Assembly (NCBI GenBank): GCA_963752935.1
Contig: CAVWAL010000016.1
Span: 8,549 to 72,548 of the forward strand
Reading direction: 5' to 3'
DNA length: 64,000 bases
Source: an uncultured bacterium
GTDB taxonomy: Bacteria > Chloroflexota > Anaerolineae > Caldilineales > Caldilineaceae
Part shown: piece by piece, positions 37,891-51,160 of the stretch
Layout: each line of letters begins with the position of its first letter
Numbering within the stretch: position 1 is the stretch's first letter
Made by a program: the position numbers and the translations under genes
Notes under the pieces: model-generated
What the model saw: the letters and a program-made list of their open reading frames with translations, nothing else
Database searches by the model: none
Told to the model about the DNA's origin: nothing

Positions 37891-37967
37891 TCCAGATCCT
37901 TTGTGTGCGGGTGGGTGCTAGCGTAAAAACAGATAGAAAAGGATTATCGACAAAACAAGCAACCGGT

Positions 37968-39671
<1,704 letters not shown>

Positions 39672-39680
39672 ACGACTTTC

Positions 39681-40355
39681 TTACATCTCGCTGCGCCCAG
39701 AGAGTGCGTTGCTGAGGGTGGTTTCATCGGCGTATTCAAGATCACCGCCGGTAGGCAGTCCGCGCGCCAGGCGCGTGACCCGCACGCCGAGCGGTTTGAA
39801 GAGGCGCGCAATGTACATGGCGGTCGCTTCACCCTCTAGATTGGGATTGGTAGCGATGATCAACTCTTTCACAGGGACGGCGTCGTCATTGCCTTGACTG
39901 TGCTGAACCCGCATCAGCAACTCTTTGATCTTCAGCTCTTCGGGGCCAATCCCTTCCACAGGCGAAATCGCCCCGTGGAGGACGTGATATTGGCCTTTGA
40001 AGTCACCGGTGCGTTCGATGGCCTGCACGTCCAGCGGTTCTTCCACCACACAGATGACGGCGGCGCCACGCTCAGGATCACTGCAAATCGAGCAAGGATC
40101 GCTGTCGGCAATGTTGTGGCAGGTCTGGCAGAAGAGCGTCTTTGCCTTCAACTCTTCTAGTGCAGCCGCCAGATCAAGGGCGATTCGCTCATCGCTGCGC
40201 AACAAAAAATAAGCCAGCCGGCTGGCGGTCTTTGGGCCAATACCGGGCAGTCGGCTGAATGCATCGATCACGTTGGTGACAGGTTGTGCAAGTGGTTTCA
40301 ATGTGTTCCTCTTTGCGCCATAGAGACTGGAGACTGGAGATTCAAAACCGATCAA
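39681..40355 (-). CDS. recR: Recombination protein RecR
   Basis: HhH motif LPGIGPKTASRLAYFLL, zinc finger CQTCHNIADSDPCSIC, and a Toprim region. The start may be slightly downstream. Confidence 0.9.
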   Translation of the reverse strand: MIGFESPVSSLYGAKRNTLKPLAQPVTNVIDAFSRLPGIGPKTASRLAYFLLRSDERIALDLAAALEELKAKTLFCQTCHNIADSDPCSICSDPERGAAVICVVEEPLDVQAIERTGDFKGQYHVLHGAISPVEGIGPEELKIKELLMRVQHSQGNDDAVPVKELIIATNPNLEGEATAMYIARLFKPLGVRVTRLARGLPTGGDLEYADETTLSNALSGRSEM

Positions 40356-40393
40356 GATCTAAAGTTTCTAATCTCCAATCCCCAGTTACGATC

Positions 40394-40789
40394 CTAAAAT
40401 CCCAAACCAGGCGGTAGATCCAGCCCACCGGTGACGCCGCCCATGCGTTCTTCGGCCAGGGCCTTGGCCTTGGTCGACGCGTCATTGATGGCGGCCAGCA
40501 GCAGATCCTGGAGCATCTCCACATCCTCGGGATCGACGACCTCGGGTTTGAGACGCACGGCTTTGACATTCTGATGTCCGTCCATATCGATCTCGACCAT
40601 ACCGCCGCCCGCGCTGCCGGTGACTTGCTCTTCACCCAGGGCGGACTGGGCCTTTTCCATTTCCTCTTGCATCTTACGGACCTGGGCCATCAGATTGCCG
40701 CCCATGCCACCGGGAACGCCCCCGGGCATTCCGCCGGGCATACCGCCACCGATTCCGGTCCGTCGCGGCTTTTGTGGTTTCTTCGCCAT
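40394..40789 (-). CDS. ybaB: Nucleoid-associated protein YbaB/EbfC
   Basis: NLMAQVRKMQEEMEKAQ...VTGSAGGGMVEIDMDG, with a Gly/Pro/Met-rich N-terminal extension. Confidence 0.9.
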   Translation of the reverse strand: MAKKPQKPRRTGIGGGMPGGMPGGVPGGMGGNLMAQVRKMQEEMEKAQSALGEEQVTGSAGGGMVEIDMDGHQNVKAVRLKPEVVDPEDVEMLQDLLLAAINDASTKAKALAEERMGGVTGGLDLPPGLGF

Positions 40790-40828
40790 GAATCTACTCC
40801 TTGCCTAAAGGTTTCTAAAAACGAAATG

Positions 40829-42529
40829 TCATGTTGGCTGTTCTGGTCTATCTTTACTGCTCTCTTCGACTGCCTGAGCGCCCAGTTCATCCACGGCATA
40901 TTGCACCAGTGGATCGGGTCCATCCGACTCGGTCGACTCACGGATGATACGGCCTGCCGAGGCCGGGAGCGTCGCCGATTCGCCGATCTGACAGGTGAGG
41001 CTCACCGTGCGCCCCAGGATCTGTGAAAGGATCTCGGCAACCTGATTCAGTGTCTCGGGGTTGGCAATCATCTCACGCGCGAACTTGTTCTTACCGAAGG
41101 CAAACGATGCCGCATGGTCACCCACAGCAATATCGCGCACGGCACGCAAGGCCGCCTCTTGTTTGAAGCCGCAACGGTTCTTGACCAATCCCAGGAACTC
41201 GGGCCAATGGTTCTCCAACTGTTTGACTGCGGCTTCATCCAACGGCAGCGGCGCAGAAGCGTCGGCGACAGGCGTCTCTGTTGCGGTTGACGGCTGGCCG
41301 GCGCCGTCACTGCCGCTTTTTTGGGCGGCGTTCTGCGGCCGGGGCGAGGATTTTGTACTCGCTATTGGTTGTACTGCCACCTGGTTCGGCGCAGCACCTT
41401 GAGACAAGCCCGCTTCAACCGGTGCAACGCTTTGTACCGGCGTCACTACACCTTGAACCGCTTCGATCAGCGCCAATTCTAAGGGGAGTTGTGGTTGCAA
41501 TCCCCCTTTTAGCTGGCCGATGGCTTCGCTAAAACGTTTGATGGCATAGAGGATCTGTCCACGTTGAAGATGTTTCGCCTGCTGCGCCATCAGTTCCACC
41601 ATGTCGAGTGGCTGATCGGTGAGCAGCGACCTGTCGCCCGTCATCTCCAAGAGCATCACCCCGCGCAAGTGCTCCACAACCTGGGTCGTAAACTCCTGCA
41701 AGCTGGCGCCGCTGAGTAGCAACTGCTGGATCAACGTGAGCCCGGCGGCAACCTGTTTCTGTGCAACCGCATCCACAAAGGCGGCCACTGACTCGCTGCC
41801 GGCGCTGCCCAGCACCTGCTGCACCTGGGCCAGCGAGATCAGATTGGAATCATAACTCGTCATCTGATCGAGCAGGCTGATGGCGTCTCGCATACACCCT
41901 TCGGCGCTGCGCGCAATGGCAGTCAAGGCCGCATCCTCGATGGGAAAGTTTTCTTCGGCGGCGATATGACGCAGATGCTCGGCAATTTCGGGCACTGGGA
42001 TACGCCGGAAGTCGAAGCGTTGGCAACGGCTGTGTACTGTGGCCGGGATCTTATGCGGTTCGGTTGTGGCCAGCACGAAGCGCGTATGGGGCGGTGGCTC
42101 TTCCAACGTCTTTAGCAGAGCGTTGAAGGCACTGGTGCTCAGCATGTGCACTTCGTCGATAATGTAGACTTTGTATCGCCCTTCGCTAGGCTGAAAGCCG
42201 ACCTTGTCGCGCAGTTCGCGGATGTCGTCTACACTGTTGTTGCTGGCGGCGTCGATCTCAATGAGGTCGAGCATACGTCCTTCACCGATGGCGATACAGG
42301 TTGGGCATTCGCCGCAAGGGCGCTCTGCCTCAGGCGCAGTGCAGTTGAGTGCCTTGGCCAGGATACGCGCCGTGCTCGTCTTGCCTGTGCCGCGTGGGCC
42401 AGAAAAAAGGTAAGCGTGGGCTACACGTCCATCACGCAGCGCATTGCGCAGCGTTTGGGTCACGTGCTCTTGACCGACCACTTCGTCGAATGTCCGGCTG
42501 CGCCATTTGCGATAGAGGGCCTGCGCCAT
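40829..42529 (-). CDS. dnaX: DNA polymerase III subunit gamma/tau
   Basis: Start at MAQALYRKWRSRTFDEVVGQEHV. Walker A GPRGTGKTS, zinc module CGECPTC and IIDEVHMLS. Confidence 0.95.
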   Translation of the reverse strand: MAQALYRKWRSRTFDEVVGQEHVTQTLRNALRDGRVAHAYLFSGPRGTGKTSTARILAKALNCTAPEAERPCGECPTCIAIGEGRMLDLIEIDAASNNSVDDIRELRDKVGFQPSEGRYKVYIIDEVHMLSTSAFNALLKTLEEPPPHTRFVLATTEPHKIPATVHSRCQRFDFRRIPVPEIAEHLRHIAAEENFPIEDAALTAIARSAEGCMRDAISLLDQMTSYDSNLISLAQVQQVLGSAGSESVAAFVDAVAQKQVAAGLTLIQQLLLSGASLQEFTTQVVEHLRGVMLLEMTGDRSLLTDQPLDMVELMAQQAKHLQRGQILYAIKRFSEAIGQLKGGLQPQLPLELALIEAVQGVVTPVQSVAPVEAGLSQGAAPNQVAVQPIASTKSSPRPQNAAQKSGSDGAGQPSTATETPVADASAPLPLDEAAVKQLENHWPEFLGLVKNRCGFKQEAALRAVRDIAVGDHAASFAFGKNKFAREMIANPETLNQVAEILSQILGRTVSLTCQIGESATLPASAGRIIRESTESDGPDPLVQYAVDELGAQAVEESSKDRPEQPT

Positions 42530-42732
42530 GAAATGATCCTGTTGCTTGGTAAATCCCGGCGGAAATCTGTCCACGTTGCCGACCAGAGGCAGGAGTGCCA
42601 ACTTTTCGCCGTGGTATTTACGCCCAACTGTATTAGGTAGAGAGCAGACGTTCAAACGTTCTAAACGTCGCCCTCTAGTTTACCATTGAGCGGGATGCGA
42701 GGCAAAAAGAAATCAAAAATTCCCCACTGCTG

Positions 42733-42741
42733 TGCTATAAT
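42733..42741 (+). promoter_or_regulatory. Extended -10 TGCTATAAT, implying a leaderless transcript
   Basis: TGCTATAAT at 42733-42741. The ATG at 42749 begins 8 nt after the hexamer, and there is no SD sequence. Confidence 0.5.
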
Positions 42742-42748
42742 CGTCGCC

Positions 42749-44335
42749 ATGAGCGACAAGCTGATCAACACCTTCCACCTACGTCGAAAACTCAACGCCG
42801 ATATTGAAGCACTCGGCAACACCACCAACGAATCCGAACTGCTTGAACAGGTGCGCGCGATTGCTCAAAAGTATGAGCACGACCTGATCATGACCGTGAT
42901 GCGTAAGTATCTCGATACAGGGAGCAGTCAACTGCGCGGTGGACTTGGACGGCTGGCAGCCATGCTTCCCTTTGAGGAAGTCACGGCTTTGCTGCGCCAC
43001 GAAGCCGCCAATCGCAACAATCCGACCCAGGCCCGACTGACAGCCGCGTTGATCCTCGAACGCTTCTTGCAGGCCGAAATTGCCGCGGCGCTGATGAGCG
43101 ATCTCAAAGATCCCGAAGTGGTGGTGATGCAGAGCCTCGAAGAAGCGCTTGAGGAAGGCAGAACCAACCGCTATGTCCTGCTCGACTATGTGCGCCAAAT
43201 GCGCCAGGAAAACGAAGACGTGGCCTATATGGTCATCGATCTTCTCGATCTGCTGCCGGCGGCGGATTCTCCTGAGTTACTGCGCCTCATCGCCTACGAC
43301 ACGCGACCCTTGGTGGCGCGCACCGCAATGGACAAGCTCGCAACGTTGCGTTCGCCCGATGTCGGTTACCAGGCCGCCGAAGCGCTAGACAATCTTCAGG
43401 TCAACCTGGCTCCGGCACTGGCCGAGTATGCCACACGCTGTCTACGCAAATTGCGCTTTAGCGGCGTGGTCTACAATCCACCCCCGATCACCGGCTGGCG
43501 CGCGCTGTTGACCCCTGTAAGCCTCAGCGGAGAACAGGATCTTTGGTTCCTGCGCTCAGAGCAGAACAGTGGCATCTTGATCGGCCTGCGCTTTGACACC
43601 ACCGCCGGCCTGCTGGAAACATTCGGCAGCGAAGACGTAGAGGCGCGCTACCTGCCGCCCAATCGCGCGGTGGGCGAACTCATCTCGATTGCCATCACCA
43701 GCAACACACCGATGGTCTTTTTAGAAGTCCCGGTGGACTATGCGCGCTGGCATCTGCGCCAGGTGTTGGAGCGACACTGGCAGCAGCCGGCGCCGCGTCC
43801 GCTCCCCCTGGAATACACGTTGCACAGTCTGAACCTCTTCCGTTATCAGGCTCCGCAGTTGGATCCAAAACTGACGGCACTCTTTGAATCAGGCCCGACG
43901 CAATGGGCGGACATTATCCAGCGTGCAGATGGCTACGAAGCGGGCGGCTATTCTGGGCATCGACTGGCCGAAATCGCGGCAGAATTCTTGCGACATCCGG
44001 CTATGAGTGGCTGGTTCTTTCAAGAGCAATCCCTGCGCGAGGCTGTTTTGCGTGCCACCGCGCAAAGCGGACGCGCCGATCCGGCCACTCTGCTGCCACC
44101 GCTGATCGCGCAGTTGTTTGACGGTGCAGCCGGGGAGCTCATGATGTCCCGTTTGCAGATTGCACTCAAAGCGCAGGCGGCCTGGCTCTCGATCGCCGGA
44201 CACGAGCGTAACGCCGGCTATGCCATGCTGCTTGCCGAAAGCTTCAACCACGTGCCCATTGTCAAACATCCACTGACCGCGCTGATGATGGAAGTTGGAC
44301 TGATGCTCATACTCAACCGACGCACCGGTCAGTGA
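42749..44335 (+). CDS. Hypothetical protein (helical-repeat-like), divergent from dnaX
   Basis: 528 aa clean ORF starting at MSDKLINTF. I recognised no family. Confidence 0.6.
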   Translation: MSDKLINTFHLRRKLNADIEALGNTTNESELLEQVRAIAQKYEHDLIMTVMRKYLDTGSSQLRGGLGRLAAMLPFEEVTALLRHEAANRNNPTQARLTAALILERFLQAEIAAALMSDLKDPEVVVMQSLEEALEEGRTNRYVLLDYVRQMRQENEDVAYMVIDLLDLLPAADSPELLRLIAYDTRPLVARTAMDKLATLRSPDVGYQAAEALDNLQVNLAPALAEYATRCLRKLRFSGVVYNPPPITGWRALLTPVSLSGEQDLWFLRSEQNSGILIGLRFDTTAGLLETFGSEDVEARYLPPNRAVGELISIAITSNTPMVFLEVPVDYARWHLRQVLERHWQQPAPRPLPLEYTLHSLNLFRYQAPQLDPKLTALFESGPTQWADIIQRADGYEAGGYSGHRLAEIAAEFLRHPAMSGWFFQEQSLREAVLRATAQSGRADPATLLPPLIAQLFDGAAGELMMSRLQIALKAQAAWLSIAGHERNAGYAMLLAESFNHVPIVKHPLTALMMEVGLMLILNRRTGQ

Positions 44336-44384
44336 GAGATTTGCCGAAAGCATTCGCCTGTCTTTCTGCCGTTCAATCCAAATG

Positions 44385-44424
44385 AAAAAGCGTGGACGAC
44401 TATGCCATCGTCCACGCTTTTTTG
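44385..44424. terminator. Bidirectional rho-independent terminator
   Basis: AGCGTGGACGA pairs with TCGTCCACGCT, flanked by A5 and T6. Confidence 0.85.
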
Positions 44425-44463
44425 TTGCGAGCAAGACCGTCTGCTACGCGATTCAGCGATAGC

Positions 44464-44787
44464 TTAAAAGATCCCCAACTCGTCTCTAGCCTCGTCTGAC
44501 ATCATGTCTGGATTCCAGAAGGGCGTCCACACCAGGTGGATGTTCACTTCGTCCAGCGCGGGGAAGCCATTGTGGACGGTGCGCTGCACGTCGCTGATGA
44601 TCTGTGGGCCTGCCGGGCAGCCGGGGCTGGTCAACGTCATGGTGACTTCTGCGCTCTTTTCGGGCGTAATCTCCACACTGTAGACCAGGCCGAGATCCAC
44701 AATGTTCATCATCAGTTCAGGATCACGCACGTGTTCCTGAATTTCAGCGCGCACCTGTTCCGGGGTGGGTAATGTCTGTTCGCTCAC
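44464..44787 (-). CDS. sufT: Fe-S assembly protein SufT (DUF59/MIP18 family)
   Basis: GTG start after AAAGGAGAG. DPELMMNIVDLGLVY and TLTSPGCPAG motifs. Confidence 0.8.
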   Translation of the reverse strand: MSEQTLPTPEQVRAEIQEHVRDPELMMNIVDLGLVYSVEITPEKSAEVTMTLTSPGCPAGPQIISDVQRTVHNGFPALDEVNIHLVWTPFWNPDMMSDEARDELGIF

Positions 44788-44888
44788 TGGTTTCTCTCCT
44801 TTCGTATCAGTCTCAGATTCTTTGTGGCTACTCGCTCTTGGCAGAAGCCGGCGAGAGTACACGCAAACCTCAGGTGATGATCTTAATC

Positions 44889-45206
44889 TTAATACGGCGT
44901 TTCTACCCAGATATCGTCGTTATCTATCTGGATTTCGTACGTGTTGGTCGGTGAAAAAGCGGGCATACTGAGCGCTTGTCCGGTGCGAATATCGAATCGC
45001 GCACCATGCCGCGGACAGCGTATCTGGCAACCGTTTACTATGTCCCCTTCAACCAATGGACCCCCATCGTGGGTGCAGACATCCTCGATGGCATAGTAAT
45101 CGCCATCCAAATTGAAGATGGCGATGCGGACTCCTTCGATCTCGACGAGCTTGCGCTCGCCTGGGGGGAGTTCGGTCACCGTCGCAACTTTGACAAATCC
45201 TTGCAT
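44889..45206 (-). CDS. Rieske [2Fe-2S] ferredoxin
   Basis: CTHDGGPL ... CPRHGARF (CxH...CxxH); 105 aa from MQGFVKV. Confidence 0.85.
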   Translation of the reverse strand: MQGFVKVATVTELPPGERKLVEIEGVRIAIFNLDGDYYAIEDVCTHDGGPLVEGDIVNGCQIRCPRHGARFDIRTGQALSMPAFSPTNTYEIQIDNDDIWVETPY

Positions 45207-45291
45207 AAATTCACCTGCTGTGAAGCACTCGTGGGCTGATGAGCCGGAATGTAACCGGCCGATCAAGCGATTATAGTCAATGAGTAGGGCG

Positions 45292-45672
45292 CTACTCAGG
45301 CCACTCGTCCAGGCCCCACACGCCGGCCTTGAGGGCCTTGAGCGGCAAGAGCGCACATTTGAGGCGCACCGGCCCAATCTCGATACCGAGCAGGTCGAGG
45401 ATGTCCTCCTTGCCCCACTTCTTGAGATCGTCCACCTGCATCCCGATGATCTCTTCCATGATCATTGAGGCGCTGGCCTGGCTGATGGCGCAACCGCGAC
45501 CGTCGAAGGCAGCGTCCACCACAATACCGTTTTCCACTTTCAGCTCGATGGTTACTTCATCGCCGCAGAAAGGATTGGTGTCGTGGAAATGGACATCCGG
45601 CTCGTGTAGATGGCCTTTGTGCCGCGGGTGTTTGTAGTGATCTAGAATTGCTTCACGATAGAGTTGGTCCAT
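45292..45672 (-). CDS. sufU: SUF system zinc-dependent sulfurtransferase/scaffold SufU
   Basis: REAILDHYKHPRHKG, NPFCGDEV, GCAISQAS and RLKCALLP motifs. Confidence 0.9.
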   Translation of the reverse strand: MDQLYREAILDHYKHPRHKGHLHEPDVHFHDTNPFCGDEVTIELKVENGIVVDAAFDGRGCAISQASASMIMEEIIGMQVDDLKKWGKEDILDLLGIEIGPVRLKCALLPLKALKAGVWGLDEWPE

Positions 45673-45805
45673 GATCGTCCCAATGCTTTCGGTGAGGTTG
45701 GATGAGCTATTGTTTCAGCATCCCATCATCCCACCATCATATTCTGAGTGCAAGTAGCGTACTAAATCTATATTCAGGTGCGGCGCACCTGAAACGGAAC
45801 AGTTA

Positions 45806-47083
<1,278 letters not shown>

Positions 47084-47230
47084 TTGGTTCCTGTTGTTCG
47101 ATCCAACATCCTGTTGGGGTTCAGTCCATTCGATGCCAAAACATTCTCATCTTTGTACAAGACGCGTTCGATCACAACTACCCAACTGGACAGGTCGGCA
47201 ATCAACCATGGTTTACTCCCGGGCAAGGAT

Positions 47231-48082
47231 CTACTTTTCGATCGGTAAACCGACGGCATTGCCCCACTCGGTCCACGAACCATCATAGTTGCGTACTTGT
47301 GGATAGCCGAGCAGGTAGGTGAGCACAAACCAGGTATGGCTGGATCGTTCGCCGATACGGCAGTAGGCGACGACATTGTCTTGTGCGCTCAACCCTTGTT
47401 CCTGTTCATAGATCGCGCGCAGCTCGTCGGCACTCTTAAAGGTGCCATCCTCGTTGGCGGCGCGTGCCCAGGGAACGTTGCGCGCACCTTTAATGTGTCC
47501 ACCACGCAGGGCACCCTCTTGCGGGTAGTTGGCCATGTGCAACAATTCGCCCTTGTATTCGGCCGGGCTGCGAACATCAACCAGTGGATTGCCTGCGGCC
47601 TGGTGCGCCAACACCTCATTGCGGAAGGCGCGGATGCGGACGTCATCGCGATCTTTGGCCGTGTAATGAGTCGCTTCGACGGAAGGCACTTCGCGCGTCA
47701 CCTCGCGACCTTCGTTGACCCACTTAAGTCGTCCGCCATCCATGACCCTGGCATTGGTATGACCGAAGAGTTGGAAGACCCAGAACGCATACGTTGCCCA
47801 CCAATTGCTCTTATCGCCATAAAAAACCACGGTCGTATCATTGCTAATGCCCAGGCGGCTCATGAGTGCTTCAAAGGCGTCTTTGCCGATATAATCTCGC
47901 ACCAGTGGATCGTTCAGGTCATCCTGCCAGTCGATCTTGAGCGCCCCGGGGATGTGCCCGGTGGCATACAACAGCGGATCCTCGTTGGATTCCAGCAAAC
48001 GCACATTCGGATCGTTGAGATGTTGGGCAACCCAGTCTGTGCTAACCAGTGCTTCGGGGTGAGCGTATCCTTTGTCTGCCAT
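47231..48082 (-). CDS. Thiosulfate/3-mercaptopyruvate sulfurtransferase (tandem rhodanese)
   Basis: Two rhodanese domains. The active-site loop is YCRIGERSS. Confidence 0.85.
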   Translation of the reverse strand: MADKGYAHPEALVSTDWVAQHLNDPNVRLLESNEDPLLYATGHIPGALKIDWQDDLNDPLVRDYIGKDAFEALMSRLGISNDTTVVFYGDKSNWWATYAFWVFQLFGHTNARVMDGGRLKWVNEGREVTREVPSVEATHYTAKDRDDVRIRAFRNEVLAHQAAGNPLVDVRSPAEYKGELLHMANYPQEGALRGGHIKGARNVPWARAANEDGTFKSADELRAIYEQEQGLSAQDNVVAYCRIGERSSHTWFVLTYLLGYPQVRNYDGSWTEWGNAVGLPIEK

Positions 48083-48142
48083 GAGTCCTCCTCTACAGCA
48101 TGTGAAACGTGCATATTGACTTGCGTAGAACGTGATGTACGA

Positions 48143-48190
48143 AACGTGAACCGATCAACGAAAGCCTGTGGCCATCGATCGGTTCACGTT
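48143..48190 (-). terminator. 14-bp stem hairpin between sufD and the rhodanese gene (possible attenuator or processing site)
   Basis: AACGTGAACCGATC pairs with GATCGGTTCACGTT around a 20-nt loop. The T-run is weak. Confidence 0.35.
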
Positions 48191-48226
48191 CCTGGGTACG
48201 GTGGCATCCATTCAGACCCACTGCTG

Positions 48227-49567
48227 TCAGCCGCCGATTTTGCGTTCGATCACTCGTTCAAGCTTGGTGCGGACGCTCTCAACGGGCACACGGTCGAGGA
48301 CGGCCTGGAAGAAGCCCTGAACGATCATGCGTTCGGCCTGTGGGCGGGTCAACCCACGCGCCATCAGATAGAACACATACTCATCCTCTACCTGTGCCGC
48401 CGTAGCGGCATGGGTACAGCGGACGTCATCAGCCTCAATCTCCAACCCCGGGATGCTGTCGGCGCGGGCCGTACCGTCCAGGACTAGATTACCGTTACGC
48501 TGAAAGGCATCGGTCTTCTGCGCTTCTGGGAAGACCTTAATAATGCCCATGTAGACATTGTGCGCCCGATCTTTAAGTGCCCCGTTGAAGAGCAGATCGC
48601 TAAAGCAGTTGGGCACACGATGAAGTTGAAGCGTCTGATGGTCGATGTGCTGGCGACCGGTGGGGAAGTAAAGCCCCAACAGCTCACCATGCGCGCCCTG
48701 GCCCACCATGTCCAGATCGAGGAACGCCTTGGTCATGCGGCTCCCCCAACTGACCTGGATCCAGCGCAGATCGGTGTCACGGCCCATCACGGCGCGCCCG
48801 TTCAAGAAGTTCCACAGGCTGTGGTCGAAATCTTGCAGGTTCATGTAACGCACAGTGGCGTTGTCGCGCACCAGCAACTCCACGGCGCTGCTCTGCATCC
48901 CCTTGATGCCACCCACCAAATCGTCGACAACCGTCACTTCGGAACCGGGCTCGGCAATCAGCAGTGTGTGATGATAGCCGCCGACGCTTTCACTGGCCTG
49001 GTTGAGAATTATCTGCAACGGTAGGTCGACCTTGGTATTCTTCGGCACGTAGATGAGCGCGCCGGTGTCCCAAAGTGCAGCATGCAGCGCCGAGAACTTG
49101 TTGTGATCAACCTTGATGGCTTCGGTCATAAAATGTCGGCGCACAAGATCTGCATGATCGTGTACAGCGGCATGAAGATCGCAAAAGATCACGCCTTTGC
49201 CGGCCAGATCTTCGCTTTGTCCCTTATACAGCAGCCCACCATCCTGAAAGATCAAGCTGGCTGCGCTTTCCATCTCCGAAAGTTCACTTTGCAGCATGGG
49301 TGATAACTCGTCCTGTGCGACAAGAGCACCCGGTGTGGCAAAGGGGGTAAAATTCTTCAGATCGAAACCTGTCAAGCGCGTACGCCGCCATGACTCGTCC
49401 GTCGCTTTGGGCCAGGGCAATGATTCAAAGATCGCCCAGGCATCCAGGCGGAATTGGAGCATCCAATTCGGCTCGTTGTGCGCTGCCGAAATCTCACGCA
49501 CAGTTTCTTCGTTAAAGGCGGCAGCAGCGGTTTTTACAGCTTCGTGCTCATTGATCATCAGGGTCAC
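48227..49567 (-). CDS. sufD: Fe-S cluster assembly protein SufD
   Basis: SufBD-family beta-helix sequence. Its position is after sufB. Confidence 0.9.
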   Translation of the reverse strand: MTLMINEHEAVKTAAAAFNEETVREISAAHNEPNWMLQFRLDAWAIFESLPWPKATDESWRRTRLTGFDLKNFTPFATPGALVAQDELSPMLQSELSEMESAASLIFQDGGLLYKGQSEDLAGKGVIFCDLHAAVHDHADLVRRHFMTEAIKVDHNKFSALHAALWDTGALIYVPKNTKVDLPLQIILNQASESVGGYHHTLLIAEPGSEVTVVDDLVGGIKGMQSSAVELLVRDNATVRYMNLQDFDHSLWNFLNGRAVMGRDTDLRWIQVSWGSRMTKAFLDLDMVGQGAHGELLGLYFPTGRQHIDHQTLQLHRVPNCFSDLLFNGALKDRAHNVYMGIIKVFPEAQKTDAFQRNGNLVLDGTARADSIPGLEIEADDVRCTHAATAAQVEDEYVFYLMARGLTRPQAERMIVQGFFQAVLDRVPVESVRTKLERVIERKIGG

Positions 49568-49674
49568 GTTTGGTCCTCCAAAAATATGAGTTGTGAGTGC
49601 CGGACAAAGAACCCTGAATCGGCGACCGATTGGCCGGGATTTATCGTTCTTTGTTCAGCACTCACTTCTGTTTC

Positions 49675-51090
49675 TTAACCGATGCTGCCTTCCATCTGCA
49701 ACTGGATCAGCCGGTTCATTTCAACGGCGTACTCCATCGGCAGTTCCTTCACCAGCGGTTCGATGAAGCCACCCACGATCATAGCAGCCGCCTCGTCCTC
49801 ACCGATACCACGGCTCCTCAAGTAGAAGAGCTGCTCTTCACCGATCTTGCTCACCGAAGCTTCATGGCCGACACTGACATCATCCTCTTCGATCTCGATG
49901 TAGGGATAGGTGTCAGAGCGGCTGGCCGAATCGAGCAGAAGGGCGTCGCAGACCACATTGCTGCGGCTATGGTGCGCCCCCTTGGCGACCTTGAGCAGAC
50001 CGCGATAGCTGGCGCGACCGCCATCCTTGCTGATGGATTTCGATACAATCTTGGAGCTAGTGTACGGCGCACCGTGCACAACCTTGCCGCCGGCGTCCTG
50101 GTGCTGTCCGCGACCGGCAAACGCAATCGACAGGATCTCGCCGTGGGCCTTGGGGCCCATCATATAAACGGCGGGGTACTTCATGGTTACCTTGCTGCCC
50201 AGGTTGCCGTCGATCCACTCCATGGTGGCGCCTTCTTCGGCAATCGTGCGTTTGGTCACCAGGTTGTAGACGTCGGTGCTCCAGTTCTGGATCGTGGTAT
50301 AGCGGCAGCGAGCACCCTTCTTCACGATGATTTCCACCACGGCGCTGTGCAGGCTGTTGCTGGAATAGATGGGTGCGGTGCAGCCTTCGACGTAGTGGAC
50401 GCTGGCGCCCTCTTCGACGATGATCAACGTGCGCTCGAACTGGCCCATGTTCTCAGCGTTAATGCGGAAGTAGGCCTGCAAGGGGATATCCACATTGACG
50501 CCCTTGGGCACGTAGACAAAGCTGCCGCCACTCCACACCGCGCTGTTCAGCGCCGCAAACTTGTTGTCATTGGCGGGGATGACCGTCGCAAAATACTCCT
50601 TGACGATATCCTCGTGTTCGCGCAGACCGGTGTCCATATCCAAAAAGATAACGCCCAACTTCTCCCATTCTTCGCGCAGGCTGTGGTAGACCACTTCAGA
50701 CTCATACTGTGCGCCCACACCGGCCAGGAACTTGCGTTCCGCTTCGGGGATGCCCAGGCGGTCGAACGTGCGCTTAATATCTTCGGGTACATCGTCCCAA
50801 CTCTTGCCCGCCTTTTCGGTTGGGCGCAAGTAGTAGAAGATGTCATCGAAGTCCATGCCGGTCAGGTCCGCGCCCCACATTGGCAAGGGCTTGGCCAGGA
50901 AGATGTCCAGCGCGTCGTGCCGGAACTGGCGCATCCAGTCTGGTTCCTTCTTAAGGTCAGAAATTTGATCGATGACCTGGTGGTTAACGCCCCTCTGGGC
51001 CTTAAAGATCGGCTTGTGCTCATCGTGGAAGCCGTACTGATATTCGTCCTTAACCCCGGTCAGGTGTTCGCGATCTGATTGTGTAGCCAT
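49675..51090 (-). CDS. sufB: Fe-S cluster assembly protein SufB
   Basis: Highly typical SufB sequence (...YRGLLKV...CDALLLD...HEASVSKI...YLRSRGI). Confidence 0.95.
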   Translation of the reverse strand: MATQSDREHLTGVKDEYQYGFHDEHKPIFKAQRGVNHQVIDQISDLKKEPDWMRQFRHDALDIFLAKPLPMWGADLTGMDFDDIFYYLRPTEKAGKSWDDVPEDIKRTFDRLGIPEAERKFLAGVGAQYESEVVYHSLREEWEKLGVIFLDMDTGLREHEDIVKEYFATVIPANDNKFAALNSAVWSGGSFVYVPKGVNVDIPLQAYFRINAENMGQFERTLIIVEEGASVHYVEGCTAPIYSSNSLHSAVVEIIVKKGARCRYTTIQNWSTDVYNLVTKRTIAEEGATMEWIDGNLGSKVTMKYPAVYMMGPKAHGEILSIAFAGRGQHQDAGGKVVHGAPYTSSKIVSKSISKDGGRASYRGLLKVAKGAHHSRSNVVCDALLLDSASRSDTYPYIEIEEDDVSVGHEASVSKIGEEQLFYLRSRGIGEDEAAAMIVGGFIEPLVKELPMEYAVEMNRLIQLQMEGSIG

Positions 51091-51160
51091 GGATCAATGC
51101 CTCCTGGCGGTAAATTCAACAATTAGCGTGTAGCGGTTTCTTCTTGTCGGCTTGCTTGTG

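Noticed and set aside
42530-42690. SRP (4.5S/scRNA) gene, which often precedes dnaX-ybaB-recR
   Set aside because: I looked on both strands for the GGUCAGGUCCGGAAGGAAGCAGC-type domain IV core and did not find it. This would need cmscan to be certain.
49675-51090. Checked sufB, dnaX and guaA for inteins or other insertions
   Set aside because: Their lengths (471, 566 and 522 aa) and continuous conserved motifs are as expected. There is no extra domain.
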